DNA of 64,000 nucleotides from positions 64,001 to 128,000 of the IMG/VR virus record IMGVR_UViG_3300044739_000018. The stretch is one strand, 5' to 3'. Of this stretch, positions 60,578 through 64,000 are shown piece after piece. The stretch is from a virus. The position numbers were made by a program, and so were the translations under genes. The notes under the pieces were generated by a model. It had not been told where the DNA came from. It did no database searches and saw nothing but the letters and a program-made list of their open reading frames with translations. Within the stretch, counting starts at the first letter, position 1; each line of letters opens with the position of its first letter.

Positions 60578-60925
60578 ATGACTGACGCACTACGCCGGGC
60601 AATCCGGACATTCATCCAGGCGTTCCTGGGTTCGATCATCTCCTCAGGCGTGCTCTCTGCCGTTGCCACAACTGGTGCGGTGGACTTGTCGAACTTGCAG
60701 AAGGTTGGTGCCGCGGGTCTTGCCGCTGGCCTGATCGCTCTTGTTTCGTTCGCACAGAACGCTCTGGAAGATGGCGGCCAGATCCCTGCATTGCTGAAGG
60801 CTCCTGCCTCTGACGGGGCGGATCCCGTACCGGATCCCGAGCCTGAGCCTCCCGCACCTGTGAAGCGGGCAGCCCGCAAGAAGGCTGCTGCTCCCCGGAA
60901 GGCCGCACCCCGGAAGAAGGCATAA
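60578..60925 (+). CDS. r1t-like holin with basic Lys/Ala tail
   Basis: RRAIRTFIQAFLG, two TM segments. Confidence 0.6.
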   Translation: MTDALRRAIRTFIQAFLGSIISSGVLSAVATTGAVDLSNLQKVGAAGLAAGLIALVSFAQNALEDGGQIPALLKAPASDGADPVPDPEPEPPAPVKRAARKKAAAPRKAAPRKKA

Positions 60926-61005
60926 CCGTGGGAGTGCTAGTGGGCATCTTCCTTGCCGTCTTCCTGATCTGGCTCGTCTGGGTCATCTTCGGCGGAGCCT
61001 GATCC

Positions 61006-61497
61006 ATGGCGTACCCCCGGTTTCAGCAGGCCCGCGCCTTCAAGGCCATTAAGCGCACGGCGGGAGATGTCACTTTCACCCAGTCCACGACATGGGTGAA
61101 GGCGAACGCGTTGTTCGAACTTCCCTTGGCTGCGCAGGTGGGCGACTATCTGGAGGCCAGCCTCAACTGCATGAGCGGCAACGAGGCCCAGAACCTGTTC
61201 CCGGACGTGTTGACGCTCAGTGGAGCTGCCGGAACCGCTGTGACCTTCTTTGGCAGCGGGGGCACCACGGCCAACGAGGGCATCGAAGGTTGGGTGGCAG
61301 AGACGGGCGTCTACAAGCGGTATGGGGCCAACGTGATCGTCGGCCCGCTGACTGCCACCGAGATAGTCAGCGGTATTTGCTACGTGACGCTGGGGTACCG
61401 CACGAACAGTTCAGGTGGATCCAAGACGTTGTTCGCCAACGCCAACAACCCGCTGTTCTGGTCCGTCAAGAACCTTGGTCCGGCAGATCCGAACTAA
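61006..61497 (+). CDS. hypothetical beta-rich protein (possibly virion-associated)
   Basis: 163-aa Gly/Thr/Asn-rich ORF with RBS. Confidence 0.55.
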   Translation: MAYPRFQQARAFKAIKRTAGDVTFTQSTTWVKANALFELPLAAQVGDYLEASLNCMSGNEAQNLFPDVLTLSGAAGTAVTFFGSGGTTANEGIEGWVAETGVYKRYGANVIVGPLTATEIVSGICYVTLGYRTNSSGGSKTLFANANNPLFWSVKNLGPADPN

Positions 61498-62033
61498 GCG
61501 CCTGTAGCTGCTCCAGTAGGGCCAGCAGTCGCTCGGTAGTCGCAGCGATCTCCTTGGGGTCAACAGGCCGTCCGTTTGTGGGTACGTTGCCCCCCCAACC
61601 CTCAATCGTGTCGAGCGGGCGTACCCGTTCCGCAGGGCACTGGATCTTCGACGGGTCCTTGTGGCCGGTGAAGTTGATTCCCCAGATGTGGCGGAGGTAC
61701 TGCCACTCCGGATGGTGGTCGCAGTACTCACACTCGTTCGGAGCGTGGAGGACTCCGGAGTCGCAGTGTGGGAACTGGACCTTCCCCGCACGTAGTTCGG
61801 TCTGCAAATCCACGTCAACGAAGCTCTCGACCAGATCGGGGTCGAAGTTCATGCCTTCGGCCCAGTGGGTGGGAGCGGTGGCGTCGTGGACCTTGCGCTT
61901 GAGTCTGGTCACCTTGCCCTGGAAGCTCATGAGAACATCCTGTATAGCTCGCCACCGATGGCGCGTCCAACGCCCATGGCGAAGCCAAAGAGTATGGCGA
62001 CGAAGACCCAGTAGGTGACAGCGGCAACAGTCT

Positions 62034-62297
62034 TCATACGACCTCCTCGTAGGTTGCTTCGAAGATGGACTGCTTCACGGGCCAGCAGTCACCAGCGTCA
62101 CCCACGCAAAGGTAGTCGCCGGGGTTGGCGACCATCGTGCCCTCCAGCGTGTGAACGATGAACGGCTCCGGGACTTGCAGCGCCCGAGTTGTGGCCGTCT
62201 TCTTGTAGGTCTTCCACGGCTCTGCGCTGGCGGCCACGAGCAACTTCTCGTCACCGTGGCTGAAGATCAGGCGACCGTGCTCGTCGCGCTCAGTCAT
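62034..62297 (-). CDS. PGDY-motif phage protein
   Basis: TLEGTMVANPGDYL...WPVKQSIFEATYE. Confidence 0.65.
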   Translation of the reverse strand: MTERDEHGRLIFSHGDEKLLVAASAEPWKTYKKTATTRALQVPEPFIVHTLEGTMVANPGDYLCVGDAGDCWPVKQSIFEATYEEVV

Positions 62298-62542
62298 CGT
62301 CCACCTTCCTTGCTGCGAAGAACGTGAGATCGGCGTCGTGCCAAACCTTGGTCAACCAGCCAACGCCACCATCGAGATATTCAGCGGCGAGGGCCTGAGT
62401 GATTAGGCGGTCGACTTCTAGCTCAGACAGGCAGACTCGGAATTCGCCGTCCTCGACGCTCATGGCCCCATCTCCGCAATCAGGACGTACACCGTGCAGA
62501 GAACCCAGGCGCACAGTGTGATGATGATGGCTGTCCGTTCGC

Positions 62543-63172
62543 TCACTTGACCTCCCCAATTGTGATACCCCGCGGCGTGGGGAACCTAAGTATGTTCAGA
62601 TCCCCAGATAGTTCAGCAACGATTTCGTCATGCAGGTCGCGACCACTGGGGATCCGGTGCGAACCATGTTCCGGAGCAGAGTCATGGAAGGCCACGATGG
62701 TGCCCGCTCGCATGTACGGCCGATACCGCTGGAACTCCGGCACTCGAAGCTCGTACAAGCTGTCGAAGAACGCGAAGTCGATGGGAGTCTGTGTGGGCCA
62801 CCATTCCATGGAACTCGTGTGGTGGACCCGCACCGGCAGCGTGACGGAAACCGAAGGACACATGCGCTCCTCCGTCTCTCGGCAGCGTTCGATGTCGGCA
62901 TCCATGGTGTCGAGGAACCCATGCCCGTTCCGCAGCAGTGCCGCACCGATGGCTACGGTCGTCTGACCGAAGGCGCACCCGGTCTCGACGCAGTAGTCAG
63001 GCTGAAGCCCACGGACGAGGCCGCCGATCATTGCCGACACCTCAACTTCCGTTGAGTCGCCGTCCGTGCTGGTCCAGTACTCCGGATGCGGGCACAGGGG
63101 CGTAGCCCACGTGAACCGATCCTCTGGTGCAGGCTCGCCAGGGATGTCGATGCCCGGTACTAGTCGAGCCAT
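62543..63172 (-). CDS. class I SAM methyltransferase (Methyltransf_24-like)
   Basis: CVETGCAFG, IDFAFFDS, IVAFHDS. Confidence 0.8.
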   Translation of the reverse strand: MARLVPGIDIPGEPAPEDRFTWATPLCPHPEYWTSTDGDSTEVEVSAMIGGLVRGLQPDYCVETGCAFGQTTVAIGAALLRNGHGFLDTMDADIERCRETEERMCPSVSVTLPVRVHHTSSMEWWPTQTPIDFAFFDSLYELRVPEFQRYRPYMRAGTIVAFHDSAPEHGSHRIPSGRDLHDEIVAELSGDLNILRFPTPRGITIGEVK

Positions 63173-64000
63173 ACCCTGTATTCCGCCGTGATTCCGTTGT
63201 CCGGGTGCATGAAGAACAACCACTGGTTCGGGAATCCGACCGCAGCTAGCTGCTCCATGGCATAGGTGTTCGTGCTCTCTGTGGAGCCGTTCACGTAGAC
63301 CATCTTGGTGTTGAGCACGAAGCTGGTCGGCTGGTGCCAGTGTCCGCACACGGCGTAGTCGAAGTGCTCGGGGATGGCACCGACGCCCCAGCCCAGCACC
63401 TTCTTGTTGAATCCATACCAGGGCATGCCAGCAAAGCCGCCCCTGATCTGGTCGCCATGGAACAGCAGCGCCGACTTCTTGCCATAGGTGTCGACCGCAT
63501 ACCAGTTCCGGTCATGCTGTCCATCCGGAATGGTCCAAGTGATACGGGTTTCGGCAGCTAGTAGCTGCTGAACGATGCGATACAACATGCGGTCGGCATT
63601 CGTCTCTGGGTCATAGTCCCGCCGCGACCTGCCACCCAGTGCGCCGTGGTTGCCGATAACGGCCGTTACATGGATGGTGTCGAATCTGGTCAGCATCTTG
63701 CGCAGGAAGTTGACCATGATGCGTGGGCCGTCCACGGTGACCTGTCGGTACAAGCTGGCGTCGATGAGGTGCTGCTGACCCGGGAAGATGAGTTCACCCT
63801 CCACGATGTCACCCAGCACCCAGCACCGCAGCTCGTTCACCGGATGGTGCGAACCCTGGATGTCGGCAAGCTCGATCACCTTGTCGCCGTACTGCTCGAT
63901 GCGCTTCTCGCACACATCAGAGTCGTAGTCCGGAGTGATCTTGGCTAGCTGCCAGTCGGATAGCACCGCAATCGCAGCTTCGGGTGTTGTGGCCTGCTTC
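63160..64000 (-). CDS. calcineurin-like metallophosphoesterase/nuclease (5' end outside window)
   Basis: LSDWQ, LGDIVEG, GNHG, FHGD, CGHWH. Confidence 0.85.
   Translation of the reverse strand, partial: KQATTPEAAIAVLSDWQLAKITPDYDSDVCEKRIEQYGDKVIELADIQGSHHPVNELRCWVLGDIVEGELIFPGQQHLIDASLYRQVTVDGPRIMVNFLRKMLTRFDTIHVTAVIGNHGALGGRSRRDYDPETNADRMLYRIVQQLLAAETRITWTIPDGQHDRNWYAVDTYGKKSALLFHGDQIRGGFAGMPWYGFNKKVLGWGVGAIPEHFDYAVCGHWHQPTSFVLNTKMVYVNGSTESTNTYAMEQLAAVGFPNQWLFFMHPDNGITAEYRVWLD

Overview
Segment of a large high-GC actinobacteriophage genome: densely packed short genes, an actinobacterial-type ClpC N-domain and ferredoxin, an r1t-like holin, and no host housekeeping operons. (1) 1-21.8 kb: leftward accessory genes, including a metallophosphoesterase, RtcB, K+ channel, methyltransferase, Pnk-like kinase, protein-kinase-like enzyme, M28-like peptidase and CCA-adding enzyme. 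(2) About 21.8-23.9 kb: a poorly coding divergence region. (3) 25.55-30.3 kb: the strongest candidate for a new system. A leftward cassette (ParB/DGQHR-like gene, helical accessory gene, stand-alone Cas7/RAMP-like gene) is followed by a 2-kb non-coding array of about 48 units, each a GTCR anchor plus a variable number of phased pentamers (near-constant triplet plus variable dinucleotide); anchor spacings are quantised in 5-nt steps. This looks like a non-CRISPR RNA-guide array for the RAMP protein. (4) 30.5-44 kb: mostly rightward accessory genes and two CUA (amber) tRNAs. (5) 44.4-57.9 kb: an RNA-gene island with about 42 tRNAs covering all 20 amino acids, tmRNA, a compact RNase P RNA, two circularly permuted tRNA-like (YrlA/Y-RNA-like) elements and an RNA reproducing the 23S rRNA L11-binding (GTPase-associated) domain. 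(6) 58-64 kb: HTH, PARP-type zinc finger, HU, holin-like, methyltransferase and phosphoesterase genes. A mostly transcription-oriented motif, (C)AACGGACGTT, recurs 11 times. All calls come from manual motif and structure reading; no database searches were run.
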